Assembly (NCBI GenBank): GCA_964615845.1
Contig: CAZTRC010000003.1
Span: 1 to 48,003, forward strand
Origin: an uncultured Candidatus Saccharibacteria bacterium
Lineage (GTDB): Bacteria > Patescibacteriota > Minisyncoccia > Phycocordibacterales > CSBR16-119
Length of the DNA: 48,003 nucleotides
Reading direction: 5' to 3'
Of this stretch, positions 23,630-32,055 are shown in pieces. Every line of letters begins with the position of its first letter. The first letter of the stretch is position 1. Made by a program: the position numbers and the translations under genes. The notes beneath the pieces are model-generated. The model saw only the letters and a list, made by a program, of their open reading frames with translations. It was not told the origin of the DNA and ran no database searches.

Positions 23630-24862
23630 ATGATAGAAAAAGACAAACTTAATCTAATACAGTACATAAAAACTGAGCAGGCCAAGGGCGTACCTAGAAC
23701 CCAGATTGAGGAGACGCTTATAGCCCAAGGAGGCTGGACAAGAGACGATCTGCTCCAGGTTTTCAGCTCAACCGATATAGTCAGTCAATCCGGAAATAAT
23801 CAGACGTTGTCCGCCAAACAAAATGTAAAGTCGGGTAATGGCCGATATAAAATTTGGTATTTGCTTTTTCTGTTTCCATTATTTATGGGGGTATTCATGA
23901 ATGAGGCTTTTTCATCCTACGGGAGAATGATTTTTATCCAAGACCCAAATGCTGGAATAAAAGGTCTTGTACTTATAGGATTTATTTTTCTTTTTATAAA
24001 TTTTTTCCTTGTGAGAGCAATAGTAAAAAGTGCGAAGAATCAAAATAAAGGTGGTATTGTATTGAATATATTTATAATCATTATTTTTAATATTGGTTTA
24101 TGGGGGACACAGGCAATTTTATTTAGCTGTTTCGATTGCGGCACCACAGAAAACTTTAAGCCCAGTTCATTGCCAAATATTGTGACTACTACGAATGAGA
24201 ATTTTATCTTGCAGCAAGGGCAACTTGCAGAAATTACCGACATAAGCGCTACCTTTAGATACACGGGATTTTTTTCAGGAGGGGAGGGCGGCGATTCGGC
24301 TAGCTATGATTTCAGCTATAAAGATTCCCGCGGGCCTGCATTTAATGAATATAATGTTATACAAATTAGAGATTATTTCACCAATGACCATTCGATGATG
24401 ACTTTTAGGGTGGAAACACCAGAAACAACTTGTGAGAATTCTGATTCCTCTTACAAAGATGGTTGTTGGGGAGGTCTAGCTGAAAGAAAAAGAGATGTAA
24501 AGTATTGTCTAATAATGGCAGATACAGCAAGGCGCTCTAGCTGTATTTCGCGAGTAGTCTACTTGGTCTTCAATTGGCAAAATCCAGAACCGGCAAGAGA
24601 AATGTGTAAATCAGATACTTCTTTAGATTTCAACTACTGTAAAGTTATTGGCGTTGATCAGTTTATGAGCCTAAAAACTTGTATCGATACATATAACAAC
24701 TTAGGTCTTATAGGGTTTAATCAGCCATTAGCACTATGTATGTCGATAGCAAAAAGTACCAAAACTGGTAAACCAGAAGACTGCCAAGCGTTGCCAGAAT
24801 CAGATAATAAAGAAATATGCAAAAATATGTTTGACCCTAGTTCTCCTCATTATTATGAGTAG
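23630..24862 (+). CDS. membrane protein with a Cys-rich extracytoplasmic C-terminal domain (410 aa, AT-rich)
   Basis: It has an N-terminal soluble helical module, 3-4 TM helices, and a C-terminal half with many Cys. No known catalytic motif. Confidence 0.6.
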   Translation: MIEKDKLNLIQYIKTEQAKGVPRTQIEETLIAQGGWTRDDLLQVFSSTDIVSQSGNNQTLSAKQNVKSGNGRYKIWYLLFLFPLFMGVFMNEAFSSYGRMIFIQDPNAGIKGLVLIGFIFLFINFFLVRAIVKSAKNQNKGGIVLNIFIIIIFNIGLWGTQAILFSCFDCGTTENFKPSSLPNIVTTTNENFILQQGQLAEITDISATFRYTGFFSGGEGGDSASYDFSYKDSRGPAFNEYNVIQIRDYFTNDHSMMTFRVETPETTCENSDSSYKDGCWGGLAERKRDVKYCLIMADTARRSSCISRVVYLVFNWQNPEPAREMCKSDTSLDFNYCKVIGVDQFMSLKTCIDTYNNLGLIGFNQPLALCMSIAKSTKTGKPEDCQALPESDNKEICKNMFDPSSPHYYE

Positions 24863-24890
24863 GAGTAAATCAGGATTCTACTAGACAAAA

Positions 24891-25118
24891 ATGTATATCA
24901 AAATAAAAGTTTTCCCCGATCAAAAGAAAGAATCCTTCGCAGAGGTTGGAGAGAATCGCTTTGAGGCTAGGGTACGGGTCCCTGCCGAGCAAAATTTGGC
25001 CAATACTCGCGTCATGGAACTTGTCGCAGAACACTTCTCTGTTTCTGTCAAAAAAGTAAAAATCATTAGTGGACATCATAGTCCAAGTAAAATTTTGTCG
25101 GTGCAAAACGAAGAATAA
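24891..25118 (+). CDS. DUF167 (YggU-like) protein
   Basis: 75 aa. IKVFPDQKKE...ARVRVPAEQNLANTRVMELVAEHF...KVKIISGHHSPSK fits the DUF167 pattern V.P.AK...V.AP...G.AN..L...L......V.I..G..S..K. Confidence 0.7.
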   Translation: MYIKIKVFPDQKKESFAEVGENRFEARVRVPAEQNLANTRVMELVAEHFSVSVKKVKIISGHHSPSKILSVQNEE

Positions 25119-25159
25119 TTGTGGTAAAATAAGGTCATTAGAACTTTAACTTTTCTGTT

Positions 25160-25552
25160 ATGCGAATCAATTTCAAGGTTACAAACATGGAACTCACGGC
25201 GGATTTGCGGGACTATGCTGAATCAAAAATTGGACCGCTCTCGATACTTTTGCCAGTCGGCGAGGACACTCAAGCTTTTGTCGAACTTGGCCGGACCTCC
25301 AATCATCACAAGCAAGGCGAAGACGTCTTTCGCGCAGAAATAAAGATAAAATCCGCGGGCGGGGAGTTTTATGCTGAAGAATCAAGCTCGGATTTGCATG
25401 CTGCTGTCGACAAAGTCAAAGACGAAATCGCGCGCGAAATCAAAAAGGAAAAGGGGAGAGACAAAACTCTCTTCATCCGCGGCGCTCGTAAAATCAAAAA
25501 AAGAATTAAAGGCCTCAAACCCTGGTGGCCATTTGGCGGAAAATCGGAATAA
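25160..25552 (+). CDS. hpf: ribosome hibernation factor (HPF/RaiA, S30AE family), short form with a basic tail
   Basis: MRINFKVTNMELTADLRDYAESKI...VFRAEIKIKSAGGEFYAEESSSDLHAAVDKVKDEIAREI is the canonical beta-alpha-beta-beta-beta-alpha module. Confidence 0.85.
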   Translation: MRINFKVTNMELTADLRDYAESKIGPLSILLPVGEDTQAFVELGRTSNHHKQGEDVFRAEIKIKSAGGEFYAEESSSDLHAAVDKVKDEIAREIKKEKGRDKTLFIRGARKIKKRIKGLKPWWPFGGKSE

Positions 25553-25635
25553 AAAAACTAAATAAAACCGCGAAGTTACAATTTCAATTGCATATTTAAG
25601 CCGCGACCGCGTACTAAATGTGTCCTGAGAAATAG

Positions 25636-25663
25636 CGAAAGCCCCGGGGTTCCGGGGCTTTCG
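25636..25663 (-). terminator. terminator hairpin downstream of the minus-strand IMPCH gene
   Basis: CGAAAGCCCCGG-GGTT-CCGGGGCTTTCG forms a 12-bp stem. Confidence 0.65.
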
Positions 25664-25680
25664 AGCGGTAAGGTGCGGGT

Positions 25681-26313
25681 TTAGGCGCTGGCGGCTGCTT
25701 CCTGGCGCGCAAGTTTCCTTCGAGCGAAATAGGCTCCGATGGGTTCATCGTAACCGGAAGTAAGGTCGAAGGCATGCCCTGCCCAGTCTTCGCGTAGATC
25801 GTGCGGGATCTCGGCCCCACCTTCGATCAGTTCCGCCAGAACATCGTAGTGCCGCGGCTGGCAGATGACGCTCACGCGCTCGTAGTTCTTGGCTGCGGCC
25901 CGTATCAGCGATGGCCCACCGATGTCGATCTTTTCGATGATGTTCTGGTGGGTCGTATCGGCGCCCTTCTCGACCTCTTCATTGAAAGGGTACAGGTTCA
26001 CGACCACGATATCGATGAGCGGCATCTTGTGATCCTGCATGGACTTGATGTCGCCCAGTACACTTGTTCTTCCAAGGATGGGTCCAAAGACCATCGGGTG
26101 CAGGGTCTTCAATCTGCCGCCCATCATCTCGGGGAACTGCGTTAAACTGCTCACCTCGATGATGGGGATGCCGATCTTGGTCAGATGCTCAGCTGTACCA
26201 CCAGTTGAGTAGATAGTACGGCCACTTGCGTGGATAGCCTGCGCCAAGCGATCGATACCCTTCTTGTAGTAGACGGAGATCAAGGCCGCGGGTTGCGTGA
26301 TGTCGTAGTTCAT
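25681..26313 (-). CDS. stand-alone IMP cyclohydrolase domain (PurH N-terminal MGS-like/IMPCH domain only)
   Basis: 210 aa. ALISVYYKKGI..., STGGTAEHL, FPEMMGGRLKTLHPMVFGPILGR, VVVNLYPF and IDIGGPSLIRAAAKNYERV are collinear with the PurH N-domain. No AICAR transformylase domain follows. The gene is GC-rich. Confidence 0.82.
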   Translation of the reverse strand: MNYDITQPAALISVYYKKGIDRLAQAIHASGRTIYSTGGTAEHLTKIGIPIIEVSSLTQFPEMMGGRLKTLHPMVFGPILGRTSVLGDIKSMQDHKMPLIDIVVVNLYPFNEEVEKGADTTHQNIIEKIDIGGPSLIRAAAKNYERVSVICQPRHYDVLAELIEGGAEIPHDLREDWAGHAFDLTSGYDEPIGAYFARRKLARQEAAASA

Positions 26314-26368
26314 GGGAAGGTTGTGTTGGTTTTGCCCAATCCTACGTGGATTTTATATCTGGGTCAAG

Positions 26369-27205
26369 CTAAACCTCTATCTCATTCTTTCCTTCAGGGA
26401 CAATCTTTTTGATGATGAATTTGTTGTTTTCAAAAACGGCCTCAGTGATTTTGATTCTTTTTAGGGTCGCCTGTTCCGAGCTTGTCGAGGAAAAGTAGAA
26501 AATTCCTGGCCAACCGAAGTAAGCGCGGTATTTGAGCCATTTATCTTTCTCAGGATCAGAGAGTTTTATTTCGCCATCACTTTTGGAAATCTTTTTGCAA
26601 TGCGTCGCAACGCTCTCGTTTTGCTCAGTTGGAATAATTTCTCCGGCTAGATATTTCGGCAAAGTTTCGATGAGAAGCCTTGTACCGATTTCGGTCAATT
26701 TGTTTTTGAGTTCCGGAGTCGTGATGGTCTCATCGATCGAAAATTCTTTGACGGCAATTATAGGTCCCGCGTCTAGTTTGAAAACAAGTTTTTGGATGGC
26801 GACACCGGTCTTGTCATCGCCATTTAGGATGGCATGTTCGACAGGCGAAGCGCCACGGTATTTCGGGAGGAGCGAGTAATGGATGTTTAGCATTCCGAGA
26901 GGGAAAGCGTCTATCAAAGTCTGCGACAGGATTTTGCCGTACGCGACGACGATGCCAATATATGGTAAGTCGGAAGTCGGAAGTCGGAAGTCGCGAAGCG
27001 TCTCGGGTTGGAGGACCGGAAGACCAAGTTTGTCAGCCAAGACTTTGACTGGTGGGGAAGTCAGAATTTGTTTACGACCGACTGGCTGGTCAGGGTTGGT
27101 CACGACGAGAGAGATGTCGTAACCAGCGTCAAAAAGGCCTTGCAAGACCTGGGCGGATACTTCGGGTGTGCCGAAAAATATGATTTTAGAGTTCGGAATT
27201 TTCAT
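26369..27205 (-). CDS. fmt: methionyl-tRNA formyltransferase
   Basis: KIIFFGTPEVSAQVL, VVTNPDQPVGRKQ and LNIHYSLLPKYRGASPVEHAILNGD are fmt signatures. The track ORF extends to 27565 in a frame overlapping def, so the ATG at 27205 is used. Confidence 0.92.
   Translation of the reverse strand: MKIPNSKIIFFGTPEVSAQVLQGLFDAGYDISLVVTNPDQPVGRKQILTSPPVKVLADKLGLPVLQPETLRDFRLPTSDLPYIGIVVAYGKILSQTLIDAFPLGMLNIHYSLLPKYRGASPVEHAILNGDDKTGVAIQKLVFKLDAGPIIAVKEFSIDETITTPELKNKLTEIGTRLLIETLPKYLAGEIIPTEQNESVATHCKKISKSDGEIKLSDPEKDKWLKYRAYFGWPGIFYFSSTSSEQATLKRIKITEAVFENNKFIIKKIVPEGKNEIEV
26967..26994. repeat. heptanucleotide tandem repeat (AAGTCGG x3 plus AAGTCGC) inside fmt
   Basis: The + strand reads AAGTCGGAAGTCGGAAGTCGGAAGTCGC. 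On the minus strand it encodes ...DFRLPTSDLP.... Confidence 0.9.
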
Positions 27206-27725
27206 CGGTGTTTTTGGCTTCTTTGATATGGGTCGCTTTGTCGATGAAGAGGATGCCGTCCAAGTGATCGATTTCATGCTGGAAGATTCGAGCCACGAGC
27301 CCGCTTGCTCCCTTCGTTTTTCTCTCACCACTCTTGTCTCGGTACTCGATCGTGACATTGGCTGGGCGTTTGACCAAGCCGTAAACGCCGGGAATGGATA
27401 GACAGCCTTCCTCCGCGGTTGAGAGTTTTTTGGATTTTTTGATGACGATCGGATTGATGAAATATTCGTCTTCGTAAACTTTGCCATCGGGCTTTGCTTT
27501 GCCGGCCAGCCAGTCTTTGTCGAAAGCGCGTCCTGCGACGACGAAGACTCTCTTGTTGACGCCAAGTTGCGGCGCTGACAAGCCTATTCCGTCATCGCGT
27601 GAGCTAAGAGATAGACTCAAATCTTTCAAGAGTTTCTTTGTCGAAGCGCTAGATAAATCCGCCTCGGCAAGAGGCTTCGAAACTTTTCGGAGGGCCGCGT
27701 CGCCAATTTTGACGATCGGTAGCAT
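27186..27725 (-). CDS. def: peptide deformylase
   Basis: The motifs GIGLSAPQ, EGCLSIPG and QHEIDHLDG are present. It overlaps fmt by 20 nt. Confidence 0.95.
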   Translation of the reverse strand: MLPIVKIGDAALRKVSKPLAEADLSSASTKKLLKDLSLSLSSRDDGIGLSAPQLGVNKRVFVVAGRAFDKDWLAGKAKPDGKVYEDEYFINPIVIKKSKKLSTAEEGCLSIPGVYGLVKRPANVTIEYRDKSGERKTKGASGLVARIFQHEIDHLDGILFIDKATHIKEAKNTDENSEL

Positions 27726-27726
27726 T

Positions 27727-29046
27727 TTATTTCAATTTCTTAAGGTAGTCAGCGAGCTTGTCGATGGAAACTGTTTTCTGCGAGCGGTTTTCCATATCGC
27801 GGACAAGGACGCAATTCTCAAGTGCTTCTTTCTGGCCGAAGATAATGGTGTAGGGAAGTCCGGCTTTCTCGGCGATGGCGAGTTGTGAGCTCAGTGAGTC
27901 TTTGCCAAGAGCGTGAATGACAGGGACTTTGGCCAAGCGCAAACTTTCGATGACGTTCATGCTCTTCATCTTGGCCTCGGTGCCGAGCTGGATGAAATAG
28001 ACTTTGGCGCGTTTCTTTACTTTCGGCATCATCATCTTGCCGGATGCTTCGAGGATACGATCGACACCGAGGCCGAAGCCGACGCCCGGAATGTTTTTCT
28101 TGTAACCCATGCTCTTGGCGAGGTAATCATAGCGTCCGCCACCACCGAGAGCGATTTCTCTTTCTTGTGGGGCGTTTGGATCAGCATTGACCGGTCCTGA
28201 CTTTTCCGCGAAGAATTCAAAGACAGTGTGAGTGTAATAATCAAGTCCTCGCACCAAAGTGTGGTCGAGTTCGTAATCGATATTCATTTCGTTCAAATAT
28301 TCCAAGACTTCTTTGAAATGCTTTTTCGAGACGGCGTTTAGGGAGCTTACGGATTGCGGCGCGGCGGCGTTCAAGTCAGCGATTTTTTCATCTTTCGAAT
28401 CAAGGATGCGCATTGGGTTGGTCTTCATGCGTTCGCGATCGGTCGGACTTAGTTTGTTCAAGAACTTTTTGTAATAGCCGACGAGTTCTTTGAGATAATC
28501 CTTGCGGCTTTCGGTGTCGCCGATGGAATTTATTTTTACTCTTACATTTTTAACGCCGGCTTCTTCGAGAATAATGAGGGCAATCTTGATCGTGATAGCA
28601 TCCATGATGCTTTGCTGACTGCCGAGAGTCTCGATGCAGAACTGATTGAATTCACGGTAGCGGCCCTTTTGCGGTTTGTCATGTCGAAAAGTCGGACCGA
28701 AATAATAAAACTTTACCGGTTGAGGCCGAGATTGCATACCGTGTTCGATATAAGCGCGCATGACTGGAGCTGTGCCTTCTGGCCGCATAGCGAGTCTGTC
28801 GCCGCTCTTAGTCTTCAGGCAATATATTTCTTTCTCGACGATGTCTGTGCTTTCACCTACGCCTTTCATAAATATTTCTTCATGTTCTAGGACGGGAGTT
28901 TGGATTGGAGTAAAGCCATAGTATTCGCAGATTTCCTGTGCCTTCTCAAAAAATCCCTGCTGATTGTAGAAATCGTCACCAATGAAATCGCGCATACCAC
29001 GCGGTGCTTGCAAAAAATCCTGTCTTTCTTTTTTATCTTCTGACAT
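27727..29046 (-). CDS. hisS: histidyl-tRNA synthetase
   Basis: 439 aa. MRPEGTAPVMR, FRHDKPQKGRYREFNQ and GGGRYD are class II motifs, and there is a C-terminal anticodon-binding domain. Confidence 0.95.
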   Translation of the reverse strand: MSEDKKERQDFLQAPRGMRDFIGDDFYNQQGFFEKAQEICEYYGFTPIQTPVLEHEEIFMKGVGESTDIVEKEIYCLKTKSGDRLAMRPEGTAPVMRAYIEHGMQSRPQPVKFYYFGPTFRHDKPQKGRYREFNQFCIETLGSQQSIMDAITIKIALIILEEAGVKNVRVKINSIGDTESRKDYLKELVGYYKKFLNKLSPTDRERMKTNPMRILDSKDEKIADLNAAAPQSVSSLNAVSKKHFKEVLEYLNEMNIDYELDHTLVRGLDYYTHTVFEFFAEKSGPVNADPNAPQEREIALGGGGRYDYLAKSMGYKKNIPGVGFGLGVDRILEASGKMMMPKVKKRAKVYFIQLGTEAKMKSMNVIESLRLAKVPVIHALGKDSLSSQLAIAEKAGLPYTIIFGQKEALENCVLVRDMENRSQKTVSIDKLADYLKKLK

Positions 29047-29084
29047 TTTTCAATTATTAACTAGGGGTTAGTAAAAGCCGATTC

Positions 29085-29675
29085 TTAAAAATGATGTTCG
29101 CCTGGATGTAAACTCAAAGAATCAACCGGAAGGAGTCGCAGTAAGGCTTTACCGACGATATTTTCTCTCGGTAAAACTCCCCATGCGCGCGAATCGGAAC
29201 TGGCGGTCCTGTTGTCGCCCATGACAAAATATTCGTCAGCCTTGAGTTTGACGCGCATTGAATCGGTGCTGACGTTTTTGAGATAAGGTTCTTCAAGATC
29301 CATTTCTTCACCTTCGGCGTCAAAGACTGTGACATGTCCATTTTTTATCACAACCTCTTCGTTCGGGAGACCTATGACACGCTTAATGAAAAACTTCGAA
29401 GTGTCCAAAGGGTATCGGAAGATGATGACGTCGCCGCGCTTCGGTTCTTCAAATCTGTATGTTATCTGGTCAACGATAAGGTACTGTTTGTCTTCGAACG
29501 TAGGGAACATCGACGAGCCTGAGACAATAAATGGCTGAGCCACGAGAATGCGAATCGGGAGCACGATGATGATGGCGACCAGGATGAATCGGACGAGTTC
29601 CCATACGCCTTCTTTGGCGTTTTTGGTTTTTGGAGCGGATTCTACGGGCTCAAAATTCGGGTTTTGGTTTTCCAT
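29085..29675 (-). CDS. lepB: signal peptidase I
   Basis: It has one TM helix, the catalytic Ser in GSSMFPTF, KRVIGLPNE, and GDNRTASSDSR. The ATG at 29675 (MENQNP) is preferred over the track start at 29780, which overlaps pth. Confidence 0.92.
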   Translation of the reverse strand: MENQNPNFEPVESAPKTKNAKEGVWELVRFILVAIIIVLPIRILVAQPFIVSGSSMFPTFEDKQYLIVDQITYRFEEPKRGDVIIFRYPLDTSKFFIKRVIGLPNEEVVIKNGHVTVFDAEGEEMDLEEPYLKNVSTDSMRVKLKADEYFVMGDNRTASSDSRAWGVLPRENIVGKALLRLLPVDSLSLHPGEHHF

Positions 29676-29728
29676 AGACCGAATTGTAGTACAAATTTGG
29701 CCTTGACGCAATGTGATACAATAGGTCC

Positions 29729-30313
29729 ATGCATTTAGTAATCGGACTCGGCAATCCCGGGGAGAAATATAAAAACTCACGACACAATGTCGGATTCATT
29801 TTGCTCGATGAAATCTCGAAAGGCGCCTGGGAAAGTGATAAATATTCGAATTCTTTGTGGCAAAAAGACAGCGTTGTGATTTTTGTGAAGCCACAAACCT
29901 TCATGAATAACTCCGGGATTTCAGCCAAACACTTGAGTGATAAGTACGAAGTGGCGCCGAGCGACGTCATCACGATTCATGACGATATTGATTTGCCTTT
30001 TGGTCAGATGAAAATAGTTTTTGAGAGCGGACCAGGTGGACACAATGGGATAAAATCGATTGTTGAAAATTTAGGTACAAATAAATTCACGCGCATCAAA
30101 ATTGGTATCGCGCCGATAGGCGTTGACGGTAAAGCTATGAAGCCTCGCCCCGGACTTTTCCAGAGTCAAAAAGGCGCGGTTTCGCGATATGTCTTGAAAG
30201 ATTTTTCTAAGGCCGATATCGAAAAACTCAAAACTTTAGCGCCGCGAGTGAAAGAAATCATTGATGTTATCGTTCAGAAAGGGTATTTGGAAGCGATGAA
30301 TAAGTTTAATTAG
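29729..30313 (+). CDS. pth: peptidyl-tRNA hydrolase
   Basis: LVIGLGNPGEKYKNSRHNVGF, HDDIDLPFG and GGHNGIKS are present. Confidence 0.95.
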   Translation: MHLVIGLGNPGEKYKNSRHNVGFILLDEISKGAWESDKYSNSLWQKDSVVIFVKPQTFMNNSGISAKHLSDKYEVAPSDVITIHDDIDLPFGQMKIVFESGPGGHNGIKSIVENLGTNKFTRIKIGIAPIGVDGKAMKPRPGLFQSQKGAVSRYVLKDFSKADIEKLKTLAPRVKEIIDVIVQKGYLEAMNKFN

Positions 30314-30349
30314 TGCTTCGCGAAATGTTGGAAGGAAAGCGAAGCAATA

Positions 30350-30380
30350 CAAAAAGACCCCTTGCGGGGCTTTTTGCTTT
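30350..30380. terminator. bidirectional terminator between pth and rpsA
   Basis: AAAAAGACCCC-TTGC-GGGGCTTTTT. Confidence 0.8.
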
Positions 30381-30386
30381 TACTTC

Positions 30387-31442
30387 TTATTTCTCTACAT
30401 GCGCGAGGGTCATCTTCTGATCCTTTGGTTCGAAGACGTTGATCTGGAAGTTGTAAGACTTGCCGAGTTCTAGCGCTTCACGGAGCTTTTCTTCTGTTCC
30501 AAACGATGAGTTGTGGACTAGTCCGGCTACGCCGTCCTTGATTGAGACCAAGGCGCCGTGCTTGTTGAATTTGATAACGATGCCGTTGACGATATCGCCT
30601 TTTTTCAACTTGCCGACGAATTCATTCCAGGGATCTTCTTTGTAAACTTTCATCGACAAAGAGATCTTGCCGTCTTTGATCTCGATGACGCGAGCTTTGA
30701 CTTTATCGCCGATCTTGAAAAGCTTTCGTGGATCTTCGATAAGGCCCCAATCAATTTCCGAGATGTGTACAAGACCTTCCAAGCCATCCTCAATCTTCAA
30801 GAAGATGCCGAAATCAACAACGCCGGCCACCTCGCATTCGAGATCATCACCGACAGTGTATTTCTCGACGACTTCTTTCCTTTCTTCTTGGTTCGTCGCT
30901 TTCTCTGAGAAGACGAGCTTGTCTTCTTGCGGACTGATTGAGATGATGATGACAGAGAGTTTTTCCCCGACGAATTTTTTAAGTTCGTGCAATATTTTGT
31001 CTTTGTCTGAACCTTCAACACGAGGGTAGTGTTCAGGCTTTAGTTGTGATGCTGGCAAGAAGCCGGCAATTCCACGCCATTCGATAATGAGTCCACCCTT
31101 GTTCGCTTCTTTGATCGGGAGCTCCAAGACCTCGCCTTTTTTCATCGCTTCTTCGGCCTCTTTCCAGACAAGCGCCTGGCGAGCTTCCTTCAGAGACAAT
31201 TCGGAATAACCGTCAGCGTTTTGCACTTCGACGATTTTCGCCTTGATGCTGTCGCCAACGCGGATGTTTCGAATGATGTCGCGGGCGTTTATGTATTCGC
31301 GTCCGAAAATGATACCGCTACCGAATAGGCCTAGGTCTACATAGACCGCCGCTTTCTTGATGTCTAGGACAACACCTTCGACAATCGCACCTTCATTGAG
31401 AGCGAAGACCGACTCCTCCAATACTTTTTTAATATCTTCCAT
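30387..31442 (-). CDS. rpsA: ribosomal protein S1-like protein with four S1 RNA-binding domains
   Basis: 351 aa. The G.vveG.V......g..Vdlg..gl.G..h.se S1 motif occurs four times. Confidence 0.85.
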   Translation of the reverse strand: MEDIKKVLEESVFALNEGAIVEGVVLDIKKAAVYVDLGLFGSGIIFGREYINARDIIRNIRVGDSIKAKIVEVQNADGYSELSLKEARQALVWKEAEEAMKKGEVLELPIKEANKGGLIIEWRGIAGFLPASQLKPEHYPRVEGSDKDKILHELKKFVGEKLSVIIISISPQEDKLVFSEKATNQEERKEVVEKYTVGDDLECEVAGVVDFGIFLKIEDGLEGLVHISEIDWGLIEDPRKLFKIGDKVKARVIEIKDGKISLSMKVYKEDPWNEFVGKLKKGDIVNGIVIKFNKHGALVSIKDGVAGLVHNSSFGTEEKLREALELGKSYNFQINVFEPKDQKMTLAHVEK

Positions 31443-31685
31443 ATTTTTTGTTACAAAAATATCCGCAAAGTGTCTTTAACGACAAATGCGGATTTCTAAC
31501 CAATTTTCAGGTTTTATGAGGTGCTTGCAAACTTTGCGAGTCTCATAAGGCTAGCCTAAAAATCCGACTAATAACGGATGCATTCTATTATAGATATCCT
31601 TTTTTGGCAAGGTTTCCACAAGAGCGCAGCGCAAGCTATCGGTTTTGGGGTATAATTAGCAAGTTATTTTTAAAACTATTTTATT

Positions 31686-32051
31686 ATGAAAAATATTTCA
31701 GACTATTATTCAAAGGCGACCCAAAGCGTCTTTATCGTCGCCGGAATCTTGATGCTCGTGACTTTTCCATACTTTTTTACCAAGTTTGAGATGTCGACTT
31801 ATATCCTCTTGTCTGTTGTCGTGCTTTTAGCTATTGCTGCTGGGTTGTCGGCGAGTGGTAGCGCTTTGGCCAAAAAGATGAACGTCGCTATCGCTATCTT
31901 CGCTTGCGCCGTTTCTTCTTATCGTGCCATCACTATATTTTTCAATGGCTCCGAAGAACCATTGGCCATATTTTCATTCTGGGTGCTTCAAATTTTATCT
32001 CTCTTATTCTTTTTTGCGATATACTTCAGCATAAGAGCGGCGAATAAGTAA
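31686..32051 (+). CDS. small membrane protein (121 aa, 4 helices), first gene of the ATPase/LTD operon
   Basis: The hydrophobic profile supports it. It ends 4 nt before the next ATG. Confidence 0.6.
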   Translation: MKNISDYYSKATQSVFIVAGILMLVTFPYFFTKFEMSTYILLSVVVLLAIAAGLSASGSALAKKMNVAIAIFACAVSSYRAITIFFNGSEEPLAIFSFWVLQILSLLFFFAIYFSIRAANK

Positions 32052-32055
32052 GCAA

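Noticed and set aside
26369-27565. Extended N-termini in the ORF track: fmt to 27565, the phosphoesterase to 21982 (through the tRNA), uppP to 15684, 15344-16483, lepB to 29780, truB from the TTG at 10099, and lexA from 16819.
   Set aside because: The extensions overlap neighbouring genes or the tRNA, lack family-like sequence, and internal ATGs align with the known N-termini of the families.
31443-31685. Hairpins in the rpsA upstream region (ATCCGCA...TGCGGAT at 31461-31493 and TTATGAG...CTCATAA at 31514-31548) as a possible S1 autoregulatory leader.
   Set aside because: The stems are only 7 bp with large loops. There is no pseudoknot or conserved motif I can recognise, and I cannot tell them apart from chance.
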